Positions 27,823-39,635 of a stretch of DNA of 64,000 bases are shown one piece after another. Source of the DNA: Octopus sinensis (taxonomy: Eukaryota); the NCBI RefSeq assembly GCF_006345805.1, contig NC_043002.1:85126001-85190000 (forward strand), written 5' to 3'. The stretch's first letter is position 1. Each line of letters starts with the position of its first letter. The notes beneath the pieces were generated by a model that saw nothing but the letters and a program-made list of their open reading frames with translations, did no database searches and was not told the DNA's origin. A program made the position numbers and the translations under genes.

Positions 27823-28222
27823 GGATCTTTTCCTTTTGAACGGCACATGTCAACACAATTTCTAGTTAACTAAACACTTTAAAACTTCGTATACTGGTAG
27901 AATGTGTCAAAATAAAACATTTTTTTCTCTTGGCTTTCTTGATAAAATTGTAATTCGTTTGTTTAACATAGTTTAATTTTTCGAATTTTAACCATTCAAT
28001 TGCCTCTAATTGAGCTAAAATCATTTGCTGCGTCTAAAACTGAGACAACATCTTGTCACTAACCCTAACCCTTAACCGTTAAACAAACAAATTACAATTT
28101 TCTCAAGAAAGCCAAGAAAAAAAAATGTTTTATTTTGACACATTCTACCAGTATACGAAGTTTTAAAGTGTTTAGTTAACTAGAAATTGTGTTGACATGT
28201 GCCGTTCAAAAGGAAAAGATCC
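27823..28222. mobile_element. GGATC foldback MITE, 400 bp
   Basis: Long near-perfect TIRs and perfect 8-bp TSD CAACAAAA. Confidence 0.88.
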
Positions 28223-29729
28223 CAACAAAATTATAGGAACTGAAAAGTGAAAGCCAAACAGAAATGATCTCATTTTCCTTTAATTCTACCGCCCACCATA
28301 TACAGCCGACAGCAAAGTGAAAGGAAAATAATTACCAAACTATTAGTAGGTAAAATCTAAGTTTTCATTTCGTGCGAAAGTTAGCCCAGACCTTAAGTTT
28401 GTGAAAATGACGCCAAATAAATCTTGTTACGGCGCGAGTTTTAATTTTGATGAAACTCCAAGTACATTTCTGTTATGTTTGTATGTGGCATTGCGTCGTT
28501 GGGATGTACGAAATGATGACTGTTGCTTACCATATAATCGTTGTCCTTGAATTTGATACTTTCAAGTGATGTCTACCAAGAAATATATGCACAACAGCAT
28601 CTGTGGAGCTATCATGTTACTTCCGCTACCGAGTCTCTACATGACCAGTTAACCTGCTAGAAACATTTTCATGTTTCCAGCAACTATGGTGAAGAAAAAT
28701 AAAAGCATCAAATATATTTCGATCTTCTGCCCTCTTCCATAAACCTTAGCCTTCACTTGGTGGTGAGGCTTTAGGTTACGTAAAGCTTGGAAAGCACTAA
28801 TTACACTAAAAGGTTTCGGCAGAACTAGAACCATAATATACCTTTTAATTATTGCGAGGCCTCTGCGGATTTTAAAGGCCTATACTTGTTTAGCTATGTC
28901 AAAATCCAGGGATCTTTTCCTTTAGATAGACAGAATTCAACCCAATTTCTAGTTAACAACTAGACAATTTCTAGTGTCAGCAACACAGTAATAAACGAAA
29001 GAACATCTAAATGTTTTTTCATCGTCCCAATGTTACCGGAGTCGTAATTAATTTATTCTTGGTTTAAATAAAACCGATGATTCAAAGAGAGTAGTGATAA
29101 AAAAAAAACAAGGAAGCATGAAATATAAATAACTTCTATTTTGAAATTAGTTTCTTTCTCTTTATTACTAATTAGGTCACGTTACACGTGGTCATCTGCT
29201 AGAAATAGTTGCCAAACATATTGGATAGTGTAGTTCTACATAGTTTCAGAAATAAAAACGAGGCGGTCACGGCTGGAATACCAGTGGTTATATAAACAAC
29301 CAAAAACAAGCTTAAAGCAACATATGGAAAACTGATAAATAAAATATGCGATAACAATGCATTCATCTAATAAAATAATGTGTTGTTTGGCCCCGTTTGA
29401 GTTGTTCGATCAGCCGGAATCAGATCATATTGTCTAATTTTAATGTCTAACATGTTTAGAAATACATTCTCCGAGATACACGTGTCTCGTACATTTTTTT
29501 TTTTTACTGACAGAAAAGTGTAACTTGACGACTTTTAAGAGATCGAGCTTATGGTGTGTATCAGAAGCGAGGAAACTGTTTTAGTACCGAGAACAAATGT
29601 ACAAATACAGACGAATCTCAAAGTTCTTTATACTAGTAAAAACTCAGAAATACTGTTTTGATCTTTATCTATAAATTTATTTTATATCGCAATTGGTGAC
29701 AGATTTACGAGAACCAATCCTTGCTTCGC

Positions 29730-30002
29730 GGTGCTACTTGAGAACAGTAGTCCCGGGGCACGTAGTCGCGCATCCGCACTAGCTAGTCGTGACTAGTCGA
29801 TCCTACAACGACTACCTAGCAAAGTAAATAAAACACAAAATAAATAGTTTTTTTTTACACAAAGTAAATAATTTTTGTTAAACAAAATAAATAAAACGCA
29901 AAAACACAAAGTAAATAACACAAAAACACAAAGTAAGGATCGACTAGTCATGACTAGTTTACGCGAGTGCGCGCACCGGGACCACTGTTCTCAGGTAGTA
30001 CC
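29730..30002. mobile_element. GG-ended MITE with 9-bp TSD (Merlin- or Mutator-like)
   Basis: GGTGCTACTTGAGAACAGTAGTCCCGG / CCGGGACCACTGTTCTCAGGTAGTACC; TSD TTGCTTCGC/TTGATTCGC; A-rich internal repeats. Confidence 0.75.
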
Positions 30003-31077
30003 TTGATTCGCTGCATTTCTCACAATCAGATTTATTGTCAACGTATTAAAAAAAAATGTGAGTTGTTGCCCTTAGCTTTATTTTACATGTGTCGATCGAT
30101 CTAAATTCTATTCTTGAGTTTTGTTGTTTAGCTTCGTCAGCGCTATGATCAAATAAAGCTGTTCTGTGACCACCTCCGACTGCATTATACCAATGTATAC
30201 TGACTTAAAACGAATGGTAAGAGGTGATTGCAGGTACATTTGGCTGCTAATTTTTATTGTTGGACACTTGCAATTTTAAAATAAAATAATTTAGTATCAT
30301 TTCTAATTGCAATGCTGTGTGAGTGGATTCTCTGAAGACGGGAACTTAGCAGAGAAGTTGGTCTGTTGTCAACATCAATAAATGGTGTTGTTGATGTCCC
30401 TTTATAACATAACTTAACAGGTCGAGCGATAGTGATCGTTGAAATAAAGTGTCGAGTGCGGGAAATTACTCTGGAAGAAATCTTAGCAGAAAGGTGAATA
30501 GATTGATAACATTATGTTATTGTAGTTTTGTGAGATTTGGCTGTTATTTCTAGCATGTGGGTAGCCTGCTTGAAGGCTTGGGGTATGTGCGTGTGTATGT
30601 CTGTTGAAAAATTTAAATTTTACAAACAATTTTTTTTCAGAATCGTAATCTTCGTATTTTTCTATGTATTTCGCAAAAGCAAACTTTCCGGAAAAGTAAA
30701 AACTGAAGCGGGGGGGGGGGGTATGAGGCAGAATTGAAATTTTGGAAATCCGATTTTTTAATTTTTCTTTTCTTCAGAATCGGATCCTCTATAATAAAAA
30801 AAAAAACGTGGGATTCCGTTAAAAAAAATCAATATATATCCATTTTACCGAAAGTTATGACGGAAAAATCGCATCTTTTGAATTTTCCAAAAGTCCTCTC
30901 CCCACCCCCAAGGTCGTTAGCGCAATGTTTTTTTTTTTTCATATACCATTTCTACATACTTGTTATAGCACCCAACAGGCTGGTTTATGTATTTGTTTAT
31001 TTATTTATTGTTCACAGATGAAGATCTTCATTTCGACCCAAAGCCTTGAGTGGATTTGGTAAACGGAAATTGAGTGA

Positions 31078-31297
31078 AGGCGACGAGCTGGCAGAAACGT
31101 TAGCACGCCAGGCGAAATGTTTAGCAGTATTTTGTCTGCCGTTACGTTCGGAGTTCAAATTCCGCCGAGGTCGACTTTGCCTTTCATCCTTTCTGGGTCG
31201 ATAATTAAGTACCAGTTACGCACTGGGGTCGATGTAATCGACTTAATCCCTTGTTTGTCCCCTCTATGTTTAGCCCCTTGTGGGCAATAAAGAAATA
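31078..31297 (+). mobile_element. tRNA-derived SINE family B reference copy
   Basis: GGCGACGAGCTGGCAGAAACGTTAGC head, GAGTTCAAATTCC B box, CTTTCATCCTTTC.GGGTCGAT..AGTACCAG body. Others (approx.): 2322-2455+, 4665-5000+, 15393-15607-, 17488-17625-, 18949-19175+, 22612-22840- (TSD ACTCACAAGT), 53960-54085-. Confidence 0.88.
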
Positions 31298-31318
31298 GGA
31301 AATTGATAGAAGTCCGCC

Positions 31319-31365
<47 letters not shown>

Positions 31366-31649
31366 AACAATTGCAGCGTGGAAGGTGTTTATAAGCCATT
31401 TAAAAAACACAAAAAAAAACGTTAGATTCACTTCAACATTTAAACTTAATTTGTCAAAATATTTTCGTCGCTTTGAGACCTCGACCTGTTCACTAACAAA
31501 ATTCCGTGTTTGCACGGAATCTTGTCGGTTAATGGTTTATAACTAAACACTTTTCACACTGCAATTGTTTTTGTTTCAGCACCTGATCTCAGATCAGGTC
31601 ACTTGCTATGCAAGTACATCGCCTATATATGTGTGTGTGTGTGTGTGTA

Positions 31650-32106
31650 GGCGCAAAGGCCCAGTGGTTAGGGCTGCGGACTCGCGGTTTCGATTCCTAG
31701 ACCGGGCATTGTGAGTGTTTATTGAGCGAAAACACTTAAAGCTCCACGACGCTCCGGAAGGGCTGGTGGTGAACCCTGCTGTACTCATTCACCACAACTT
31801 TCTCTCACTCTTTCTTCCTGTTTCTGTTGTACCTGTATTTCAAAGGGCCAGCCTTGTCACGCTGAATCTCCCCGAGAACTACGTTAAGAGTACACGTGTC
31901 TGTGGATTGCTCAGCCACTTGCACTTTAATAAAATGAGCTGCGACGTCAATGGTGCCAAACTTTATTGGCTTTTGCCTTTCCCTTGGATAACATCGGTGA
32001 CGTGGAAAGGCTGGTATGCGTGGGCGACTTCTAATATTCCATAAACAACTTTACCTGGACTTGTGCCTCGGAGGGTGGCTTTCTAGGTGCAATCCCATGG
32101 TCATTC
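31650..32106 (+). mobile_element. tRNA-derived SINE family D; related heads at 5290-5596- and 18335-18510-
   Basis: GGCGCAAAGGCCCAGTGGTTAGGGC head, GGTTTCGATTCC B box, TTGAGC.AAAACACTT block resembling the Meta/Deu-type SINE central domain (domain assignment unverified). Confidence 0.7.
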
Positions 32107-32846
32107 ATACACGTATGTATGTATGTATGTATGTATGTATGATGTATGGATGGATGGATGTGTGTGTCCACCATCGCTTGACAACCGATGCTGTTGTGTT
32201 TACGTTCCCGTTACTTAGAGACCCATAGAATAAATTACTAGGCTTATAAACAAAAAAAAAAAGGTCCTGATGTCGATTTGTTCGACTAAAGGCGGTGCTC
32301 CAACATGGCCCGCAGTCAAATGACTGGAACAAATAAAAGAATTAAAAAAATAGATGGAACCCCTAATTGACCAGTCCAGTAAACACAAAAATTTGAAAGT
32401 AGTAATTTTTCTTTTTCTTTTCTCTGTTTAGCGATGTTTTCATAGTTTTTTTATTTCATGAATATATATGCGTCTTAGCTTTCGCTGCTCTTTTGATATT
32501 AGTTTTTTTACTCCATCTATATATTATTATTATTGGGATCAGCAATGAGTTTTACTGCCGGTGTGTGTGTTAGATTTTTTAGCCTTCCTTAGGTTTTTTT
32601 GCTTTATAATTATTTTTAATACAGTTTTTTTTATGTATCCTAGAATTTGTTTATTCTGTGTGGAGTCGGTGTTGTGTACTATCTGATGTCGCTAAATATT
32701 TATTTTGTCTGAGAAAATTCACGTATTTTATTGCTGTCTCATTGGTGAAAATTTCTTCCGACATTTTGTTTTCATTGGTTGTGTTTCATATCCGGTCTCT
32801 CAATGTTGTTAACTACGTGTTTTTTCTCTTCTACCCCCACGCATTC

Positions 32847-32847
32847 T

Positions 32848-32918
<71 letters not shown>
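32847..32918. repeat. (TC)n microsatellite; also (CA)n near 37820-37888
   Basis: Directly visible. Confidence 0.95.
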
Positions 32919-32923
<5 letters not shown>

Positions 32924-33932
32924 ATAATATATATATATATATTTATAATAAGAGTAGATCGTATACGAGTGAGTATATATTTGTAAAAAAGAAGTTTGAA
33001 AACGCCACTATATTAGATAAATTTTAATTTTCTTATGAATTTTACATGTTTCGGTTCCTGAAAAAACGAACCTTATCAAAAATATTATAAAAAGTGCAAT
33101 GGAAAAGTTCATAATTGTCTCAATAGAATCCATGTGGTGTTGTTTTGTCGGTAGTTGGTATAATCGCTATATTACTGTTGAGTGTAGTGAAGAAGTCCAT
33201 TATTGTTTCTTGCTTGTATCAAAAGGAACCGCTTTTTTGTTACCTTGTGTTCCAATGGTAGCAACAGTAGTGATTGTTTGTCGTAGTAGTAGTAACCTGT
33301 GACTTTTACTGTTGGTCGTAATTTTGGCAACCTTGGTGGTGGTTGGGGTTGTAGCAGTTAAACTGTGGCCGTGGCAGCAAAAGTGGTGGGTTCACTGGCA
33401 CTGTTCACTGACGTCACATAATTCCAAACCAATCAAAACCAAACTTCAACGAATACAAAGAAAAGACCCATAACTGTATCCTGTAAGGAAACCAACCAAG
33501 CAGAACGACAAGCTTGGCCACGGAAGAAAAACGTCATCAATTTTTTAACGAATCAAAATCAGATCTGACCCATAACAGTATCCTGTAAGGAAACCAACCA
33601 AGCAGAACGACATCAATTTTTTTACGAATCAAAATCAGATCTGCTCACAGGAAAAAAATTTTTTATAAATTCATCTTTCCCTAAAATATACCACTGCAAG
33701 CGGGAGTGACTGTTTAAAGGTCTGAGAAATTGTAATTCCCCCCACCTCCACCCTTTTTTTACTATTTTAATTCTCACTCTGTGGCCGTAGCAGCAGTAGA
33801 GGGCTGTTGATCGTAGCAGCAATAGTAGTGACCACGGTGGTTGTAGTAGTAGTGCTAGTGGAAGCAGTCGTAGTGGTAGTGGTGGTTGTGGTAGAAGTTC
33901 ATTTTTCCTTTTCGGAAGACCAATGTTTTGTT

Positions 33933-35656
33933 TTAATATTCCTGGCCCAGGGTGTTCGAACTTGGTCTAAATTTTTTGATGAAATAAAGTTCTTTATTTT
34001 GGCGTTGGGTGAAGGTTACGCTGTCACTGAATTTGTAAAGTGGGTAAGTTGTAAATTTCGGATTTTCATTTGTAGCACATCTATCTATGTGTCCGCTGAC
34101 CGGTATTTTCCGGTATTCAGGGTTTCTAATTTGGGATTTATGCACCGCCATCCTTTTACGTAAGCTATTTTTTGTATGGCCTATATACTGCCTATTGCAG
34201 CCTGCGCATGTTAAGACGTAAATTAAGTTTTCTGATGCACAGGTGAAGTTTGTTCTAATGGTGAACTGATGGCCTTATTCTAGTATAAATTCTGAACCTT
34301 CTACCAAGATGACACAGATTCCGCAGTTGGGCCTTCCACATTTTCTAACTGCTGGTTTTGTGGTTGATGTTGAGTGCAGTTTAGCTTGGGTTAAAATCCT
34401 TTTCAAGGATTTTGGTTGCCGTTTACTTTTAATGATGGTGTGTGTTTCGAGGATCCGGTTCATCTTTGGGTCTCCCTTTAGTAGGGCTGTGCTTTGTAGT
34501 ATGGTGCTGAAGGCCTCATTATTAGGTGGGTTGTGTGTAGAGATGTAGGGAAGGGTTTTTAATTTTTCTTTCTTTTTTGGTTTTGTTTGTCTCAGGTCTT
34601 CTATACTTAATTTAAGTGCCCGTTGGATTGCACTGTCTATTAGGGGCTGTGGATAATTTCTATTTATGAGTGTAGTTCTAAGTTCCTGGAGACGTGTGTG
34701 TCGGGTGTTTGTGTCTGATATTATGGTGCAAATCCTTCTAGCTAAACAAAAAGGGACATTTATTCTAGTGTGTCTTGGGTGGCATGAATCAAAGAGTAGG
34801 TACTGTTTGGAGTCTGTCGGTTTATAATAGATATCTGTCTCTATTTTGTTGCCGGCTTTCTTAATGAGGATGTCTAAAAATGGTAACTCTTCTTCGTTAT
34901 GATCCATCGTGAATTGTATATTATCATTTATTCCATTTAATAGTATTTTAAATTCCTCAAGTTTCTCTATACTTTTATCCCAGAGGATAAAGCAGTCGTC
35001 GAGGTATCTTTTCCAGTTGTTCTGGATATAGGTGGAGAAGGTGTTTCCATATTTCTCGAGTGTTATCTGGTAGAGTATTTTCTCGAGGTATCCCATCACT
35101 AGGTTGGCAAAAGAAGGCGCAGTACGCGTGCCCATCGCTGTTCCCGATCTTTGTCTGTAGAAATTATTGTCAAAAATAAAGTAATTGTTTTCTAAAATAA
35201 ATCTAAGTCCTTCTATTATAAGTTCTTTATTTATGCGAGTTGGGAGTTCAAAGGAGTAGTTATTTAGCCAGAAAGTGATCGCTTCTATTCCTAGGGTGTG
35301 AGGGATATTTGAATAAAGGTTAATTACGTCGAAGGATACTAGAAGGGTTTTCTCATTGACTGTTTTAGGGAGGTGGTTAAGTATGTCTATATCGTCTCTT
35401 ACGTAGCTTTTGATGTGCTTTAGGAAAGGTTTAAGAAGTGTGTCTAAGAAATTGCTGGGGCGGTGAGTTTCACATGCTGGGCCTGCTATTATCGGTCTAA
35501 GTTTAAGATCATTTGGTGAAGGGATTTTGATGAGTATATCGGTAGATGTTTTGCATGTTTCACTAATTATTTGGCTTTTGTGGACTTTAGGGATACCGTA
35601 GAACAAACATGATTTGCACTTGAAGTTAGTGATGTATTCATACTCCTTGTCCGTGA
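33933..35656 (-). mobile_element. Penelope-like retroelement (Neptune-type): RT + Cys linker + GIY-YIG endonuclease, 5'-truncated, one in-frame TAA
   Basis: RT motifs KLRPII, SFDVINLYSNIP, GTAMG..APSFANL, RYLDD, PFLD; linker CGRPNCGIC. After TAA 34275-34277 the same frame reads NLIYVLTCAGCNRQYIGHT...RKRMAVHK...KELYFIKKFRP. The 5' end abuts (TA)n. Confidence 0.92.
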
Positions 35657-35662
35657 TATATA

Positions 35663-35718
<56 letters not shown>
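35657..35718. repeat. (TA)n microsatellite; others near 13686-13772, 31319-31360, 41902-41944
   Basis: Directly visible. Confidence 0.95.
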
Positions 35719-35721
<3 letters not shown>

Positions 35722-35813
35722 AAGTTAATCCAAACATGAAAACACAAAGAGAAAACACAACGCGAGGACGTGGAACAAGAATAGTATTATTGGACGCTCA
35801 GGAAAGAAGAAGG

Positions 35814-35848
35814 GTTTAACGTTTCGAGCGAAGCTCTTCGTCAGAAAC
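35814..35848 (-). ncRNA. Minimal type I hammerhead ribozyme motif (PLE-associated)
   Basis: Minus strand GUUU-CUGACGA-A-GAGC(UUC)GCUC-GAAA-CGU-U-AAAC: intact core boxes, 4-bp stem II, loopless palindromic ACGU stem III, 4-bp stem I; one extra A after CUGACGA. Confidence 0.7.
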
Positions 35849-35919
35849 ATAGGAAAAGTAAAGATCCGAAGAAGGGAAGAGGGAGGGGAAAAAATCGCCA
35901 ACGGTACACACGCGGTCAC

Positions 35920-36004
<85 letters not shown>
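35920..36004. repeat. (GATA)n microsatellite
   Basis: About 21 perfect units. Confidence 0.95.
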
Positions 36005-36075
36005 TTGAAAGAAATGGTAAGACAACAAAAGAATGAAAGTGACCTCGATATTATATAAATAGAGGAATTTATCTC

Positions 36076-36349
36076 TAAATATGATATGTGACAATTATTC
36101 GGTAACCAAATTAAAACTCCGAGTTTCGGATGTCAGGTTGGAAACCCACACCGCTATCTCTTCAGTTATCCGTCCATCTCCTCAACACCGACTCCACACA
36201 GAATAACAAATTCTAGGATACATAAAAATCTGCGTAGCATCTTTTCGATGGCCGGATAACAGAAGAGATGGCAGCGTTGGTTTCCACCCCGACATCCGAA
36301 ACTCGGAGTTTTATCATGGCTACAGAATAATTGTCACATATTATATTTA
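36076..36349. mobile_element. Foldback element with arms of about 100 bp
   Basis: ATGTGACAATTATTC..AAAACTCCGAGTTTCGGATGTC..GTTATCCG vs CGGATAAC..GACATCCGAAACTCGGAGTTTT..GAATAATTGTCACAT. Confidence 0.7.
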
Positions 36350-36541
36350 CACACACACACATATATATATTTCTCTCTCTCTCTCTCTCTCTCTCCCTAT
36401 ATATATATATATATATTTGTCTCTCTCTCTCTCTATTTCTCACACTGTGTTTCTGTTTCTTTCTCTGTATCCACATATATTTATTCGTACCGGGTTATCA
36501 AAATCATTGTGTAGATTTTAAAATTTGTATTTGTTTACATT

Positions 36542-37504
36542 TGTAGCGTAGCTGATATCCTCACTGTTTGAGAGATATATTAGAAATGATCTCGTATTAT
36601 ATAGCAGCCATCTTCGGCTATTTTGGACCCTGTTGTGTCCACTGCTCTGATTGGTTGGCATTGGCGCAGTTTGTCTCGACTTATTTCGCGCCAGTGTGAA
36701 AGCCAACTAATCACGGCCTTCGAATAAAGTCCCATGACACAGTCTTTTTGGGGTTTCACGGGAGCCCACCTCAGGTAATAAAAAGGCCCCAGCATTCACG
36801 ATATCTCGTCTTAGGTTCCAGTCCTTCTCAGGGATAACCTCTGACCACAGAGCGACTCAGCCAGTTCCAGTTCCAAGCGACAGACAACATGCAGCAACTT
36901 CAACGACGCTTTTCTCCACCATCGCCATACCATAGTCGTCTTCACTTTAACGCCGTCACTACCACCGTCGACTTCAACGATACGTACACAGCACTCGCTC
37001 AGGTTTAGCTTTCTCGCAGTTGTAATTTTCACAAAGGTTAACAGCACAGCACTCCCTGCAAGAATTCCTGTATCAAGAGACCTTGCACAGCATTGAAGCC
37101 ACAACTGCTACACGACACGTGTTCACCGGCATTCTGCCTTGTGACCCCAACATCCTGTTACAGAACTATTACTATTATGTAACCTTATTACGAACTGGTA
37201 AATTAACTCCATCTTGTCTAAAATACCCTGAGAGACTCTTTTCTTCTATGCTCTGTATTGTATTCTGCATACATCTTGTTTGTACTTCTGTAGCGCACAC
37301 GAATACACAGACACAAACACTTGTCGTATGCACACAGACACTCCACTTTGCTAGTACCTATACTTTATCTTATTGTACACATCTGTAAATAAAGTGTCCT
37401 CTTTCAAACAGTAGAACGGTTGTCGTCCTCATTATTCCTTTTGGTACCTATTCTTTTATATCATGCATTTGGCTTCTTTTGTTTGGGCGACCGTTATCCC
37501 TACA
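36542..37504 (+). mobile_element. Solo LTR (Gypsy-like), 963 bp
   Basis: TGTAG...CTACA termini, 4-bp TSD CATT, AATAAA near the 3' end, similar to 40107-41063. Confidence 0.8.
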
Positions 37505-37827
37505 CATTTTTATTTGTAGTAGAACTTAAACTGTAAACACGTTAAGTGAAAGAATTTATTATATTTTTAAATAAATTTATTCTTCAGATGCCTAATTTTC
37601 AAGCAGCTCACTGTTTCTGTTGTACGTTTTGCAGCCGATTTTCAGTTGTACCTGAAATTGAAATACCCTTTCTATAAATTGTTTGTTTTAGCTTTTTTCT
37701 TATTACTGCCTGATTATAAAATACATCAGATTTCTAAAAGTCTTTTTACAGATTCATTTTGTCCGTATAAAGATGTTATAATGCCCATGTGTGTATGTAC
37801 CAATGCGCGCGCACGCACGCACACACA

Positions 37828-37890
<63 letters not shown>

Positions 37891-38038
37891 CTTGTACTAA
37901 ATGTATGACAAAAGTGTGCGTGACTAACGTAGATCATTGGTGAAGTCATTCTTCCTTTCTGCAAAGATACTTGCTACTTAGTGTAGTCTCAAATGATGTG
38001 CTTGTGTCATTGTTGAACCTTATCTTCTCGAATCTCTT

Positions 38039-38224
38039 TTAAAAAAACTCAGCTGACACTGTTACCCATTTTTTCACATCCAGTTTCATCTCGTTTGAAT
38101 TGAACCGGCAGAAATCGGATGGCACCAGATCCAAGTTGTTCTGTGGATGGGGAAGAGTAAGTAACCTGTTGTTTGTTGCCGAAGATGTGTGTGATCTCGC
38201 ATTGTCATGATGAATGTGGATCAT
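38039..38224 (-). mobile_element. Mariner transposase relic
   Basis: HHDNARSH...LPHPQNNLDLVPSDF matches mariner HDNARPH / HPPYSPDLAPSDF. Confidence 0.7.
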
Positions 38225-38638
38225 TTTAAGATTGTTGTTCTGTCTCTTCCTCCTTAATAGCTTCTCTGTGCCTTACGGGTATCTCAACGGTCCAGAAAAT
38301 CAAGGGCAATGAGCCCTTGACATCGCTCAAAACAGTTACTGTGACTTTCTAAGTCGACCGCTGGCCCTTGAACTTTGTAGGTCTTGGACAAGAACTGTGG
38401 CGACGTTCCATGAGCTGAGCCTTCGATTCTAGGTCGCAAAGATACGACCAGGTCTCTTCCTCCGTCATCACATCAGAAAAGGAAAGAAAAAAGGGGGAAA
38501 AACGTGTCTTCATTGGCTTGAAACACTTCCAGCAGATCAGAGCAGAATTCGACCCTTTGCTCCTTCAAATCGGTTGTCAACGGCTGAGGTATTCACTTTG
38601 CACACACTTTCCGATACCTAATATTTTCTACCATTTTC

Positions 38639-39635
38639 TGTAATGCACTGTGACCATTGTCCAGTTGTCCGATAAGCTCGCATTCTCTGGTGATTTGGGT
38701 CAGTGGTCGGAATCAATAGTCTCCAACTGCGTGCTTTGTCTTCAATGCTGGCTTCCCTTTTATTAATCTTCATCTATCTGCACATGGCTCTTGTCAATTG
38801 TGTCTTCTCTATAAACAAACTGTAGCCTTCTGTGGATGTCGGATAACCTGCACTCCTTCGTCAAGAATTCAATGGCATCACAGTGCTGCTGCTTGGAATC
38901 CGTTTCTCGTCTGCAATGAAGAACAGGAAAAGTTACTGGAGAGGAAGAATTACCTTACCAACACGTATGTGGGAGATGATCGTTTCCTTCTGCTAGCCGA
39001 AGATTCGAAATCGAATCCACACACTTGTTGGTTGTCAAACGAATGTCTGATTTCTCGTGTTTTATCTCTATACTGATAGATTAATGAGAAACACCTGACC
39101 TCCGAAGATCTTTGCTGGTCATGGAAGGGTCATTCCATTGTTTTAGGTTTCATGTACTTCCTGACCGAACCTTATATAACTGGAGCATCTCTCTCTTGTC
39201 CTCTTGGATTTTGAACCGGCTAAGTAAGAACATATCTCTCTCTTCGTTTCAGACATCAACCGGAAGCACAGCATCGACCGAATGAAAAGGAAGGACAAAG
39301 TTCTTCCCTTTTATTTTCTCTCTGTTAACAGAATGTACTTGGCTTCCACACACACTGCCAGCGAGCGACCAACACACATTTTTGCCATTGTCGCTTATTT
39401 ACAAGTACTGCTATGTATGTTTTACCGACTACTACCTACAGATAAGTTTTTTCTCTTCGATATTGTTATTACGCTGTTTCATCCTACTTTCGTGTATCTA
39501 TATATAGCGGACCCGATGCGAAACAAAGCTGGCTATTTCTATATCAAGTAACTTTTCATGTGTTCAATACAACTGGTAACTCCGACGTGAGAGCCGTACA
39601 TTCTTACATTACATATGGTGACCCTGTACATTACA
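38639..39635 (+). mobile_element. Probable LTR of a second family
   Basis: TGTAATGCAC...GTACATTACA terminal inverted repeat (9/10); flanks TTTC/TTTG; internal similarity to 43.2-43.9 kb. Confidence 0.6.

Noticed and set aside
34275-34277. Recoded stop or Naiad-type selenoprotein in the PLE
   Set aside because: The codon is TAA without a readthrough context and the endonuclease is C-terminal; a simple nonsense mutation is more likely.
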